The notes under the pieces are model-generated. The model was not told where the DNA came from. It was given only the letters and a program-made list of their open reading frames with translations, and made no database searches. A stretch of DNA of 64,000 nt, from the IMG/VR virus record IMGVR_UViG_3300017917_003143, positions 124,001 to 188,000 of that record; one strand, written 5' to 3'. Below are positions 36,101 through 45,785 of this stretch, one piece after another. Each line of letters starts with the position of its first letter. Position 1 is the first letter of the stretch. The translations under genes were made by a program, and so were the position numbers.

Positions 36101-38005
36101 ATGCGTAAAACCATTTTGGCTGTCATTGCAATGGCCGCCTTTCCGGTTTATAGCCAAACACCACAGTCCTTTTTAGATATAGAAACCAATAGGACTTCGG
36201 CCGCGGCTGTGGGTGCCAATTGGGCTTGGAGCCGTGGATATACCGGCAAGGGTGCCACTATCTTGATCATGGACTCGGGTATCGATGTCAACAATCGAGA
36301 GTTTGCAGGGCGTATCAAATATTCCATTGACTATACTGCAACAGGATTACAAGACAAAGTAGGACACGGTACCCATGTGGCCGGTATTGCGGCCGCAGCC
36401 AACAATGGATTGGGCACACAAGGTATCGCATATGATGCCAACATCGCAGTGGCCAAGATAACCAATACCAGTTCCGTGAGCATGCAATCAGCGCAGAGAG
36501 CATTGGTCTGGGCCGGACAGTACAGTGATATAGTAGTAGCCAATCTTTCTGCCAACGTCAACTATAGCACCGCATATCTATCAGCCATGCGCCAAGTGGC
36601 ACCAGGCATGTTTGTCAACACAGACAGGATCTATGGCGGTAAAAATTATTACAATCTTGAAAATCCAGGCTCGTGGAAGCTACCAGCCGAAATGGTTCTC
36701 ACGGTGTCTGCTGGTAACAGCCGAGCTGGATTTGTACAAAGTCCGGCAGTATTCGCCACAGCAACAGATGCCTCAGGTAACTTGGTCTTGGGCGGTCGCA
36801 TGTTGGTAGTAGGCAACTGGAACACCAGCCTCAATGTAGTAGAAGGTGCCCAGGCAGGGCATATATGTAAAGACTTTGTCAACAACACTTGCCAAGATCG
36901 TTATCGTACCAGTGATTTTTATATCCTAGCACCAGGATCTGGTATCGTCAGCACTGGTATCGGAGATACCACCCGTACTATGAGTGGTACCAGCCAAGCC
37001 GCGCCTACTGTGGCCGGAGCAGTGGCGGTGATCAATCAAATGTGGCCTTATATGAAAGGTGAGCAGATCGCACAGTTATTGCTCAAGACTGCCAACAAAA
37101 ATCTTCCTGGATATCGTGTTGAAGTCATGGGACAAGGTCTTTTAGATCTTAACAGAGCAACTCAACCCATAGGCAACCTAGGTATCTCAACTACAGGACG
37201 CACTGGTCCTGCTAGACCCATCACAGGATCGATCAGTGTGGCTAATGTGGGTGCTGTAGCTGGTAAATTAAGCTCAGTCACTGTGGTCGATGAATTCCAG
37301 AGAGATTACCGCGTAGACATCAGCAGTATGGCCACTAAAAACATGTGGACGCAGTCAGCGTTCCTACTTGATGCCGCTCCAGGACAAAGCTGGTCAAGTC
37401 GTTGGACCGGAGTTCCAGTGGCATCAAACATGGGTGTATATGGTCAAACATTAGGAAACAATTCTACAGTGACTATTGACACAAGGCATCTCAACCCTAC
37501 TGCACAGTTCAGTCATCAAGTCACTGTGACCAACACAGAAGTCAATCCATTTATACAATTTTCAGGCATGTGGGGCACTGTGCAAGGGGCGACTACATTT
37601 GAATACTCTACAATGTATCGTCCCAAACCCGAAGGGTGGTATGGTCAGATGGGAGTTATGCAAACTTCCACCCGATATCAACCAGGCATGATCGAACGGG
37701 TAGATCCAATTTACAGCGTTCACGCCATGGCCGGTTACCAGATACAAGGTTGGAACCTATTTGGCGGAATCAAACCCACAGTGATCCACGGAAATATAAC
37801 CATGCGATTACCGGGCGATGTTGACAGTGATGGCAATTTACAGTATAATACTACAAAAGTAAGTCTGGCAGGTGCCCGACCAGTGAGTTACATTGGTACC
37901 GGTTGGCAACATCAGTGGCGAGGCGGTCATGGATTTGCTTTCCGTACCATGCTTGCCGAAGACAAATCTAACATGACCCGGGTCAACTATACATATAGGT
38001 TTTAA
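36101..38005 (+). CDS. S8 subtilase with signal peptide and autotransporter-like C-terminal barrel
   Basis: MDSG, HGTHVAG, GTSQAAP; ends VNYTYRF. Confidence 0.85.
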   Translation: MRKTILAVIAMAAFPVYSQTPQSFLDIETNRTSAAAVGANWAWSRGYTGKGATILIMDSGIDVNNREFAGRIKYSIDYTATGLQDKVGHGTHVAGIAAAANNGLGTQGIAYDANIAVAKITNTSSVSMQSAQRALVWAGQYSDIVVANLSANVNYSTAYLSAMRQVAPGMFVNTDRIYGGKNYYNLENPGSWKLPAEMVLTVSAGNSRAGFVQSPAVFATATDASGNLVLGGRMLVVGNWNTSLNVVEGAQAGHICKDFVNNTCQDRYRTSDFYILAPGSGIVSTGIGDTTRTMSGTSQAAPTVAGAVAVINQMWPYMKGEQIAQLLLKTANKNLPGYRVEVMGQGLLDLNRATQPIGNLGISTTGRTGPARPITGSISVANVGAVAGKLSSVTVVDEFQRDYRVDISSMATKNMWTQSAFLLDAAPGQSWSSRWTGVPVASNMGVYGQTLGNNSTVTIDTRHLNPTAQFSHQVTVTNTEVNPFIQFSGMWGTVQGATTFEYSTMYRPKPEGWYGQMGVMQTSTRYQPGMIERVDPIYSVHAMAGYQIQGWNLFGGIKPTVIHGNITMRLPGDVDSDGNLQYNTTKVSLAGARPVSYIGTGWQHQWRGGHGFAFRTMLAEDKSNMTRVNYTYRF

Positions 38006-38006
38006 T

Positions 38007-38387
38007 ATGACAGCAACACTAAAACAAGCCCAAGAACAAGGCATCGCTCCCTGGGACGATGTTTACTTCGAAGACAAAACACTTTGGATTTTCCGAGATC
38101 GGTATCCAGTGAGCCCAGGGCATTTGCTCTTTGTCCCTAAGATCAACAACGACGATAACATCCTGGACTGTTTCCGGTTGGCTCGTAGATACGGTGAATG
38201 GGCAGTACTCAAAGGCGAAGCTGATGGTTACAATGTTGGAATCAACTCAGGTGAGGCAGGCGGACAGACTGTGATGTATCCGCACGTACACATGATTCCT
38301 CGACGGCACGGCGACTGTGAAGATCCTGTGGGCGGTGTGCGTAATGTGATCCCAGGACAAGGAAATTATCGTAAATGGAAATCTTGA
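38007..38387 (+). CDS. HIT family hydrolase
   Basis: PVSPGHLLFVPK, GQTVMYPHVHMIPR. Confidence 0.88.
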   Translation: MTATLKQAQEQGIAPWDDVYFEDKTLWIFRDRYPVSPGHLLFVPKINNDDNILDCFRLARRYGEWAVLKGEADGYNVGINSGEAGGQTVMYPHVHMIPRRHGDCEDPVGGVRNVIPGQGNYRKWKS

Positions 38388-38563
38388 CCGCACTCATGGT
38401 TGTGTTATTGGGCTACCAGGTGACCATGCCTGCGGTAGACAATGCCAAATACACATTCACGGTACACAATGGACAAATCATACGCATGAATACTCAGAAC
38501 GGTTCGTTCGAACGATGCGACGAAGAGCTGAAATGCACACCAGTAAAAGACAACAATAAATAA
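38375..38563 (+). CDS. small exported/membrane protein
   Basis: hydrophobic N-terminus, two Cys. Confidence 0.6.
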   Translation: MEILTALMVVLLGYQVTMPAVDNAKYTFTVHNGQIIRMNTQNGSFERCDEELKCTPVKDNNK

Positions 38564-38617
38564 TGACCTCGACAGCGGCCTTCCTGGCACTTCATCCCGC
38601 TATACAAATTCTGCAGG

Positions 38618-38642
38618 CCTATGCTATAATCTAACATAGGAG
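38618..38642 (+). promoter_or_regulatory. queD extended -10 (TGCTATAAT) inside an SD-occluding hairpin
   Basis: CCTATG 38618-23 / CATAGG 38635-40; SD AGGAG 38638-42. Confidence 0.5.
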
Positions 38643-38649
38643 AATTAAC

Positions 38650-39189
38650 ATGGCAAAATATCTTTCTACAAAAACATATGGCAACGATCGTGGACTATCA
38701 TGCTGTTTCCGCCAATGGCGTTCAACACATAGTCACTGCTCATTGCTACATGGATATTCCATCGGTATCAAACTAATCTTTGAAAGTGAAACACTAGACG
38801 ACCGTAATTGGGTCATGGACTTCGGTGGACTCAAAGCATTCAAAGAATGGAGCGAATACATGTTCGATCACACACTGGTCATTGCTGAAGATGATCCTCA
38901 TCGTGAAATGTTTGAAAAAATGGCCGAGCTTGGTTTACAAGATCAAGGCGGAGTATGTGACATTCGTATTGTGCCAGCTGTAGGTTGTGAAAAGTTTAGT
39001 GAACTGGCTTACAAAACTATGGAAAATATTCTCCGAGCATTCCAAGCAGGCAATTCTTGGTTCCTTGTAGCACAAGATGGAATTACCTTAAAAGAATTCA
39101 ATTGCCGTTACCCTGTTGGTCAAGGTGTCAAGTTACGTTCTGTAGAAGTATTCGAACACAACGCAAACTCAGCAGTCTACGAAGGTTAA
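38650..39189 (+). CDS. queD: 6-carboxy-5,6,7,8-tetrahydropterin synthase
   Basis: CSLLHGY, MDFGG, FDH, E..ANSA; SD AGGAG. Confidence 0.9.
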   Translation: MAKYLSTKTYGNDRGLSCCFRQWRSTHSHCSLLHGYSIGIKLIFESETLDDRNWVMDFGGLKAFKEWSEYMFDHTLVIAEDDPHREMFEKMAELGLQDQGGVCDIRIVPAVGCEKFSELAYKTMENILRAFQAGNSWFLVAQDGITLKEFNCRYPVGQGVKLRSVEVFEHNANSAVYEG

Positions 39190-39191
39190 TC

Positions 39192-40049
39192 ATGAGCACA
39201 ACGCCAAAAGTAGGTATCAACAAAATATGGTCTCAACCAGCCACTCATCAAATATCAGTTTTGCTCCCCACTCGGGGCAGGACTGACATGCTGAAAAGAA
39301 GCCTAATGAGTTTGCTTGATTTGGCCAGCGATCCTACCGAGATAGAGTTGATGATGGCGTTTGACAACGATGACAAAGAGTCTCTTGCATGGTGTCAACA
39401 AAACATTTTTCCTGAATTAGAAAAACGTGGAGTTGACGCCATGGTAATCGAGTTTACTCCGTTAGGGTATCTTAGATTGCATGAATATCTCAATGCCTTG
39501 GCCGGATTGGCCAATGGCGGTTGGTTGATGTTTTGGAACGATGATGCAGTGATGCAAACCCAAGACTGGGATAAAAAAATTACCGAGCACAATGGAAAGT
39601 TCTTGTGTTTGCGTATGCCCACACACAATCAACATCCTTATGCTATCTTTCCTATCGTACCTAGAGACTGGTACTACTTGTTGGGACATCTCAGCAATCA
39701 TCAGCTCACTGATGCCACTATCAGCCAAATATCCTATGTGCTGAATATCATGAAAAACATTGATGTCGAAGTTTTGCATGATAGATTTGACATCACTGGC
39801 AACAACGGTGATACAACATTTAAAAATCGTCCAATGCTGGAAGGGAATCATGAGGATCCTCGAGACTTCAATCATGTGATTTTCCGCAACAAACGCATAG
39901 CAGATGCCAATCGCATCGCATGGTATCTCGAGCGCATCGGTCAGCCCAGCGAATGGTTTACGGAAGTGATGACAGGAAAAAAAGACCCCTGGGAATACAT
40001 GCTCAGTGAAGAACAAGATCCAAATGGACAAGTAAGAATACATGCTTAA
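39192..40049 (+). CDS. GT2 family glycosyltransferase
   Basis: ISVLLPTRGR, MFWNDD. Confidence 0.75.
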   Translation: MSTTPKVGINKIWSQPATHQISVLLPTRGRTDMLKRSLMSLLDLASDPTEIELMMAFDNDDKESLAWCQQNIFPELEKRGVDAMVIEFTPLGYLRLHEYLNALAGLANGGWLMFWNDDAVMQTQDWDKKITEHNGKFLCLRMPTHNQHPYAIFPIVPRDWYYLLGHLSNHQLTDATISQISYVLNIMKNIDVEVLHDRFDITGNNGDTTFKNRPMLEGNHEDPRDFNHVIFRNKRIADANRIAWYLERIGQPSEWFTEVMTGKKDPWEYMLSEEQDPNGQVRIHA

Positions 40050-40830
40050 TATCGATCAACACTTATTAGATAAAATCAAGGCTTACTGGAATCGCCAGCC
40101 TTGTAACATATTACACGGTCGTAGCGAGCTTGGGACTCCTGAGTTTTATCAAGAAGTGTCCGAGCGCCGTTATCGTGTAGAACCACACATCAGAGAGTTT
40201 GCTGGATTCCATCTATGGGCTGGCAAGCGAGTGCTGGAGATTGGCTCAGGCATCGGCAGTGATGCTGAAGAGTTTGCCAAGCGTGGTGCTGAATACGTAG
40301 GTGTGGACTACAGCGATCAGAGTGTAGAGATTTCCCGACAACGGTTCCAAGTCCTTGAACTTGATGGCGAGTTCCACAATATTGACGCCAGCGATACCTC
40401 GGCTTTAGAGTCATTGGGACAGTTCGATCTTGTGTACAGTTATGGTGTGATACATCACTTTCCTGCCATTGACACCATCATCGACAATGTACATCGTGTG
40501 CTCAAACCCGATGGAGAATTCCGATTCATGGTGTATGCCAAGAACTCTTGGAAATATGCTATGATACAAAAAGGTCTGGATCAATTTGAAGCACAAAGCG
40601 GTTGTCCTTATGCACAGGCATATACCAGAGAAGATATCTATCGCATGCTGGAAGGTCAATTCCATGTGGAACGACTACGCCAGGATCATTGCTTTATGTA
40701 CAATGTACCTGCGTACAAACGTGGTGAATATGAACTAGAACCGTGGTTTGAAGCCATGCCTGAAGATGTTCGACAAGCAGTAAAAGAATACTTGGGATGG
40801 CATTTGCTGGTCAAGGCTAAAAAGATATAA
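40042..40830 (+). CDS. class I SAM methyltransferase
   Basis: VLEIGSGIG, FDLVYSYGVIHH, LKPDG. Confidence 0.85.
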   Translation: MLNIDQHLLDKIKAYWNRQPCNILHGRSELGTPEFYQEVSERRYRVEPHIREFAGFHLWAGKRVLEIGSGIGSDAEEFAKRGAEYVGVDYSDQSVEISRQRFQVLELDGEFHNIDASDTSALESLGQFDLVYSYGVIHHFPAIDTIIDNVHRVLKPDGEFRFMVYAKNSWKYAMIQKGLDQFEAQSGCPYAQAYTREDIYRMLEGQFHVERLRQDHCFMYNVPAYKRGEYELEPWFEAMPEDVRQAVKEYLGWHLLVKAKKI

Positions 40831-41573
40831 TGAGAAACTTACAACGATACCTACAAGATGTTGCCAACGCCAGGAGGCAAGAACTACTTCCTTATATGTT
40901 CCATGTCACTGATGCCCAGGTACAGACTGGGCCATTCGCTGGGATCACTCTTATACCCAGATACATGTGGGGCGATGGAGACACAGCGGCCAAGCTCATG
41001 GGCGTCTATGAAGATGAACTACATGACTTTGTTGAACAAGCGATCAAACAAGATCCGGACACTGTGATCAATGTTGGCTGTGCCGAAGGTTATTACAGCG
41101 TGGGATTCGCAAAGCGTTTGCCCAAGGCCAAAGTGCTGGCAGTAGACATCGATCTAAGAGCGGCGCTGATAGTGAGAGACACAGCATCGGCTAACCAGCT
41201 TACGAATCTTGAAGCTGTAACTTATACTGTAGATCATTCTTGGTTGGAACAAAAATGCCAACCTACAACAAATCCTTTGTTGGTATTTGACTGTGAAGGT
41301 GCCGAGTTGGATCTGCTTGATCCTGTCAAAGTTCCTTCCTTGACCAAGTGTTCGATCATGGTTGAGTGTCATGACTGCATGAATCTGCCAATCACATCTA
41401 CACTGCTGTCACGATTTGGATCTACACACGACATCCAGCAAGTGTCTCAGACCTACAAAGATTCTTACCAATTTGAGTTTTTAAAACATCTCAGTGACTG
41501 CGACAAGTGGGCCTTGGTCCATGAAGGAAGACCCAGCACTATGAGTTGGTTATACATGGTGCCCAAACAATGA
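40830..41573 (+). CDS. FkbM-like methyltransferase
   Basis: INVGCAEGYY, FDCEGAE. Confidence 0.7.
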   Translation: MRNLQRYLQDVANARRQELLPYMFHVTDAQVQTGPFAGITLIPRYMWGDGDTAAKLMGVYEDELHDFVEQAIKQDPDTVINVGCAEGYYSVGFAKRLPKAKVLAVDIDLRAALIVRDTASANQLTNLEAVTYTVDHSWLEQKCQPTTNPLLVFDCEGAELDLLDPVKVPSLTKCSIMVECHDCMNLPITSTLLSRFGSTHDIQQVSQTYKDSYQFEFLKHLSDCDKWALVHEGRPSTMSWLYMVPKQ

Positions 41574-42295
41574 AAAACTATCTATTCAAAAGTTTGTTCC
41601 AAGTACGCGATCCAAACTGGCATTTCAAAGACCGCAGTGGCGAACAAGATCTACATAAAAAATATGTAGAGATGCATCAAATTTCCGTTGGCAGTTACAC
41701 ACGTCATCTCAAAGGCAACTGGGAACTAAAATTCATACAAGGCACGGTTGACAACATCAATGATGCGTTCAAACGAACCTTTAGAGAAATTTACGACCTG
41801 TGGCGGCAAGGCAACACAAACATCTTTTATACAGATCCTGATACCATTGCTATCAAAGACATTGATCCTTGGCAAATATCTGATCAGTTTATGATGTTTA
41901 ATTTTACAGATCCTAAGAGTTTGGGAACCAACAATCAATACGGTCGCAAGTTTCCACACTTTTTCAATGCTGGTGTAAGATTCTTCCCTGCAGGCATGGA
42001 ACAGCGGATCTGGGACATTGGGCTAGAAATGCTTGACAACTGGGAAGAAGGCACATATAACACAGAACAAACCATACTCAATGCCATGCTTTGGGATCAA
42101 GGAGTCACCTTAGATCAAGTGTTGCGCCCCGAATGGGCATACCAAGCGCAATGGTTGCCTAATCAAGCACCGCTGTGGGTACAGGATACATGGAATGGTG
42201 TTGATATCAATCGAAGCTTGATCATACACACCCATAGCAGTAGAGACATCGATGAGAAGCTGGCCTTCATGAAACAACTGTCTGGACAGGCATGA
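41570..42295 (+). CDS. nucleotide-diphospho-sugar transferase (GT-A)
   Basis: FYTDPD, FNAGV, EQTILN. Confidence 0.6.
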   Translation: MKNYLFKSLFQVRDPNWHFKDRSGEQDLHKKYVEMHQISVGSYTRHLKGNWELKFIQGTVDNINDAFKRTFREIYDLWRQGNTNIFYTDPDTIAIKDIDPWQISDQFMMFNFTDPKSLGTNNQYGRKFPHFFNAGVRFFPAGMEQRIWDIGLEMLDNWEEGTYNTEQTILNAMLWDQGVTLDQVLRPEWAYQAQWLPNQAPLWVQDTWNGVDINRSLIIHTHSSRDIDEKLAFMKQLSGQA

Positions 42296-42897
42296 AAGAT
42301 ATATTCACCAACATCGTTGAGCACGGACAGTGGAGAGCAGGCCACACAGTGTGTGGTAATGGTAGCACCATGCACTACACTGATTATCTGCGCCAACACC
42401 TCAGCGCATTCCTAGAGAAGCACCAAATCAGTTCGATGTTTGATGCACCTTGTGGGGATTACACATGGATGAGCCAAATCCAGCTTTCAGCTAACTTACG
42501 TTATATCGGCGGGGACATTGTTGACAGTTTGATTGAAAAAAACAAGCAATCTTATCCAACTGTAGATTTTCGTGTAGTTGACATAGCCCAAGATGATTTA
42601 CCTGATGTAGATTTGCTTTTTTGTCGAGATTGTTTGATACATTTTAGTCATGCTGATATACGCAGAGTGTTTGAAAATATCTCTCGTAGCAGTATAAAAT
42701 ATGTGTTGATGACTAACTATGCTCATTCAGACAACTCAGACATTGCCACCGGAGGATTCCGTGGAGTTAATTTTCTTCAGGCACCGTACGAATTTGAAGC
42801 ACCCATAGACAGTATCGAAGATTGGGTACCAGGGTATGCACCAAGAAGTATGTGCCTTTGGAACCGTGAAACCATTATTGGATATTTAGAAAAATGA
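42292..42897 (+). CDS. class I SAM methyltransferase
   Basis: FDAPCGD, YIGGDIV, CRDCLIH. Confidence 0.8.
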   Translation: MKDIFTNIVEHGQWRAGHTVCGNGSTMHYTDYLRQHLSAFLEKHQISSMFDAPCGDYTWMSQIQLSANLRYIGGDIVDSLIEKNKQSYPTVDFRVVDIAQDDLPDVDLLFCRDCLIHFSHADIRRVFENISRSSIKYVLMTNYAHSDNSDIATGGFRGVNFLQAPYEFEAPIDSIEDWVPGYAPRSMCLWNRETIIGYLEK

Positions 42898-43472
42898 AAA
42901 AAGTTTATGTAAGCTGGACCGATGTACAAAGACAAACACAAGAAATCATAAGACAGATGTATCTAGATGAGTGGCGCCCAGACTACATCGTAGGTATCAC
43001 TCGAGGAGGCTTGGTACCGGCCAATCTTATCAGTCAATATCTTGACGTACCAATGTATGCTCTGCAAGTACGATTAAGAGATGGCGGCGATGAAGATTGT
43101 GAAAGCAATCTCTGGATGAGCGAAGAAGCATTTGGATATCACAGAACCGATGACTTGCCTGGGGCAAGCAATCCTACCCTTAGGAAAAATATTCTCATCG
43201 TAGACGATATAAACGACTCAGGCGCCACTATAAACTGGATACGCCAAGACTGGCAAACAACTTGCTTGCCCGACGACCCGGCCTGGGCCAATATCTGGGG
43301 CAACAATGTACGTATAGCCACACTGTATGACAACGAGACCAGTGCCGCGGAAATTTATGTAAATTACACAGCCGAAACAGTAAACAAATTCGAAGATCCG
43401 CAGTGGATAGTATTCCCCTGGGAAGAGTGGTGGAAGAAATGGCATCCCAATGAAGAACACATCAAGTCCTGA
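42894..43472 (+). CDS. purine phosphoribosyltransferase (Gpt-like)
   Basis: GITRGGLVP, LIVDDINDSGAT, WIVFPWE. Confidence 0.85.
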   Translation: MKKVYVSWTDVQRQTQEIIRQMYLDEWRPDYIVGITRGGLVPANLISQYLDVPMYALQVRLRDGGDEDCESNLWMSEEAFGYHRTDDLPGASNPTLRKNILIVDDINDSGATINWIRQDWQTTCLPDDPAWANIWGNNVRIATLYDNETSAAEIYVNYTAETVNKFEDPQWIVFPWEEWWKKWHPNEEHIKS

Positions 43473-43941
43473 AATACTTTTGGTCATGGTGCATGTTTGG
43501 CAGGACATGCCCGAATTAGAAAACATACGCTGGCAAGAATTTAGCCAATTGATAGTAGACAAGGCCAACAGTATCAATTGGCCAAAAATTTGGCAATTTG
43601 ATTTTATCGATAAAAATACATTCAATTCGTTGAAACAAAACAAGATCGTTCAAAACAGCCAGGTGATGCCTCAAGGAAAAGTACCACACACCGATATCGT
43701 ATATGGACCCAATGATTGGATCTCTACTTCAGATTCGCAAACTGCCCAGATCATAAAATCGATAAATCCCACGATAGTCATCTTCGGCGGGCTACACAAA
43801 GATCTATGTGTGACCGGAGTAAAACTGGCTGTAGAGGATGATCAAAGAGAATATTTTGTTAGTGACAGACTGGCGTACACTTGGAAAGAAACCGCAGCCG
43901 CTGTTTACAAGGATTGGGGAAATGATACAACCGTTACGTGA
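43450..43941 (+). CDS. isochorismatase-like (possibly degenerate) protein
   Basis: IVIFGGLHKDLCV. Confidence 0.35.
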   Translation: MKNTSSPEILLVMVHVWQDMPELENIRWQEFSQLIVDKANSINWPKIWQFDFIDKNTFNSLKQNKIVQNSQVMPQGKVPHTDIVYGPNDWISTSDSQTAQIIKSINPTIVIFGGLHKDLCVTGVKLAVEDDQREYFVSDRLAYTWKETAAAVYKDWGNDTTVT

Positions 43942-44347
43942 TGACTTGATGGTACAGCAACAGCTACCAAAGATAACCGATTGGACGCATCGTTGGTTAC
44001 ACATGGTGGCTGTGATAATGCTCAATCAAACAGGACGCAAGCCCGTGAAAACAGTGTTTCCAGTATTTGCCGAACGCTGGCCACATCCACTGAATTTCCT
44101 GGAAGCTACCGAAACTGAAGTCAAAGATGTGATCTGGCCCTTGGGCATGGTCAATGTTCGGTACAATAGGTTAAGAAGAATGACCCAAGACTACTTTACT
44201 TGGGACGGAGAAGATGCTACAATGTTATATGGTATTGGCAAATATGGGTCGGACAGCTATGAGATATTCTTCAAACAGAACTATGCTGTTGAGCCCACAG
44301 ACAAAGAACTAAAAAGGTACTTAGATGAAGAAGTATTCGTTTCATGA
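43922..44347 (+). CDS. MBD4-like HhH-GPD DNA glycosylase
   Basis: IMLNQT, PLG...R, LYGIGKYGSDSYEIF. Confidence 0.85.
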   Translation: MIQPLRDDLMVQQQLPKITDWTHRWLHMVAVIMLNQTGRKPVKTVFPVFAERWPHPLNFLEATETEVKDVIWPLGMVNVRYNRLRRMTQDYFTWDGEDATMLYGIGKYGSDSYEIFFKQNYAVEPTDKELKRYLDEEVFVS

Positions 44348-44666
44348 TGTTGGTGGCGAGATAGTCAAAGACAACGAAGTTTATTTGTTGAAAGACAATC
44401 ACGATCTAAATAATCTCGTGCTGAGCTCTACCAAGCTCTACAGGCATCAACAAACTCGTGGGCACAGGCACCCTGGACAAGAAGAAGTATATTTCTTTAT
44501 ACAAGGCACAGGAAAGATGATCGTAGGCGAAGAAACCGATGAACCTTTTTCTGTCAGTGCTGGAGATATTGTGTTGATCCCTGATGGTGCATTTCATCGT
44601 GTGATCAACGATGGAGAGACACATTTAATTTTTAATTGCGTATTTGATGGCAAAAGGAATCATTGA
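44325..44666 (+). CDS. cupin domain protein
   Basis: GHRHPGQEEVY...G; GDIVLIP.G.FH. Confidence 0.85.
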   Translation: MKKYSFHDVGGEIVKDNEVYLLKDNHDLNNLVLSSTKLYRHQQTRGHRHPGQEEVYFFIQGTGKMIVGEETDEPFSVSAGDIVLIPDGAFHRVINDGETHLIFNCVFDGKRNH

Positions 44667-45547
44667 TGGAAAAGATTACATACACAGAGATATTTTACAG
44701 CATCCAAGGTGAAGGACGTTGGGCAGGTGTGCCCAGTGTATTCTTCCGCACATATGGATGCAACTTCCGCTGTCGTAAGTTTGGTCGTCCGCGAGACGAA
44801 CAGCTGGAAGGACACAATCCTGAAGTGATCGAGATCATCAAGAACATCGATCAATACAAAAAGTTTGAAGACTTGCCTTTGGCCAAAACTGGCTGTGACA
44901 GCTATGCCAGCATTTACCCTGAGTTCAAGCGATTCAACGAACAAGACAGCGTAGAAACTATCGTAGACAAGATGCATGCTCTCATACCCAACAATCGTTG
45001 GGATCAAGGCATAGGTGATGACGTGCATCTCGTGATTACAGGTGGTGAGCCATTGCTGGGTTATCAGCAACTGTATCCTGATCTCATCGAATACTGTCGT
45101 CGAGCTGGTCTACGCAATCTAACATTCGAGACCAACGGCAGCCAGCCTTTGCATCCAGAAGTGTATGAATATTTGTTTGAAGAGTTTACACGTCATGGCA
45201 GAGACTACGACAAGCTGACATTCAGTGTGAGCCCAAAACTACCTTGCTCGGGCGAAGCATGGGATGTAGCAATCAATCCCAAAGTGGTCAAGAGCTATGA
45301 AATGGTAGGCATGACTTATCTCAAGTTTGTTGTGGCCACACCACAGGATGTGGCAGATGCTGAACGTGCTGTGGAAGAATATCGAGAAGCCGGTTTTGGC
45401 GGCCCTGTGTATCTCATGCCCATGGGCGGTGTACCTGATGTATACAATCTCAACACACAGCAAGTGGCAACATTGGCCATGGAACGTGGATGGCGTTACA
45501 GTCCTAGACTACAAGTGGATATCTGGCGTAATGCTTGGGGTACCTGA
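44663..45547 (+). CDS. queE: 7-carboxy-7-deazaguanine synthase (radical SAM)
   Basis: SIQGEG, FRTYGCNFRC...CDS, ITGGEP, ETNG, SPK, YSPRLQ. Confidence 0.9.
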   Translation: MMEKITYTEIFYSIQGEGRWAGVPSVFFRTYGCNFRCRKFGRPRDEQLEGHNPEVIEIIKNIDQYKKFEDLPLAKTGCDSYASIYPEFKRFNEQDSVETIVDKMHALIPNNRWDQGIGDDVHLVITGGEPLLGYQQLYPDLIEYCRRAGLRNLTFETNGSQPLHPEVYEYLFEEFTRHGRDYDKLTFSVSPKLPCSGEAWDVAINPKVVKSYEMVGMTYLKFVVATPQDVADAERAVEEYREAGFGGPVYLMPMGGVPDVYNLNTQQVATLAMERGWRYSPRLQVDIWRNAWGT

Positions 45548-45548
45548 C

Positions 45549-45785
45549 ATGGGTGACGTGATGGCAGCCCCACGTGAAGAAGACTGGGGTCTGCAACAAG
45601 CACGTGGTTGGAAGTTGAAGCTATGCTGGCGGCCACAGACATGTTTCTTGACTGGAAAACAGTTATGGGGACGTCGTGCCTATCACGGTGTACGTATGAT
45701 CACAGGCCCGGGTGAACCGGTGTTTGATCATTATTGGGTCGAGCGTGATCAGTTCTTGTTGTGGAACTTAATGCGTGGAAAATAA
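45549..45785 (+). CDS. hypothetical protein
   Basis: ATG after queE stop within ORF 45327..45785. Confidence 0.6.
   Translation: MGDVMAAPREEDWGLQQARGWKLKLCWRPQTCFLTGKQLWGRRAYHGVRMITGPGEPVFDHYWVERDQFLLWNLMRGK

Noticed and set aside
38564-38649. preQ1 riboswitch upstream of queD or folE
   Set aside because: No class I-III consensus visible.
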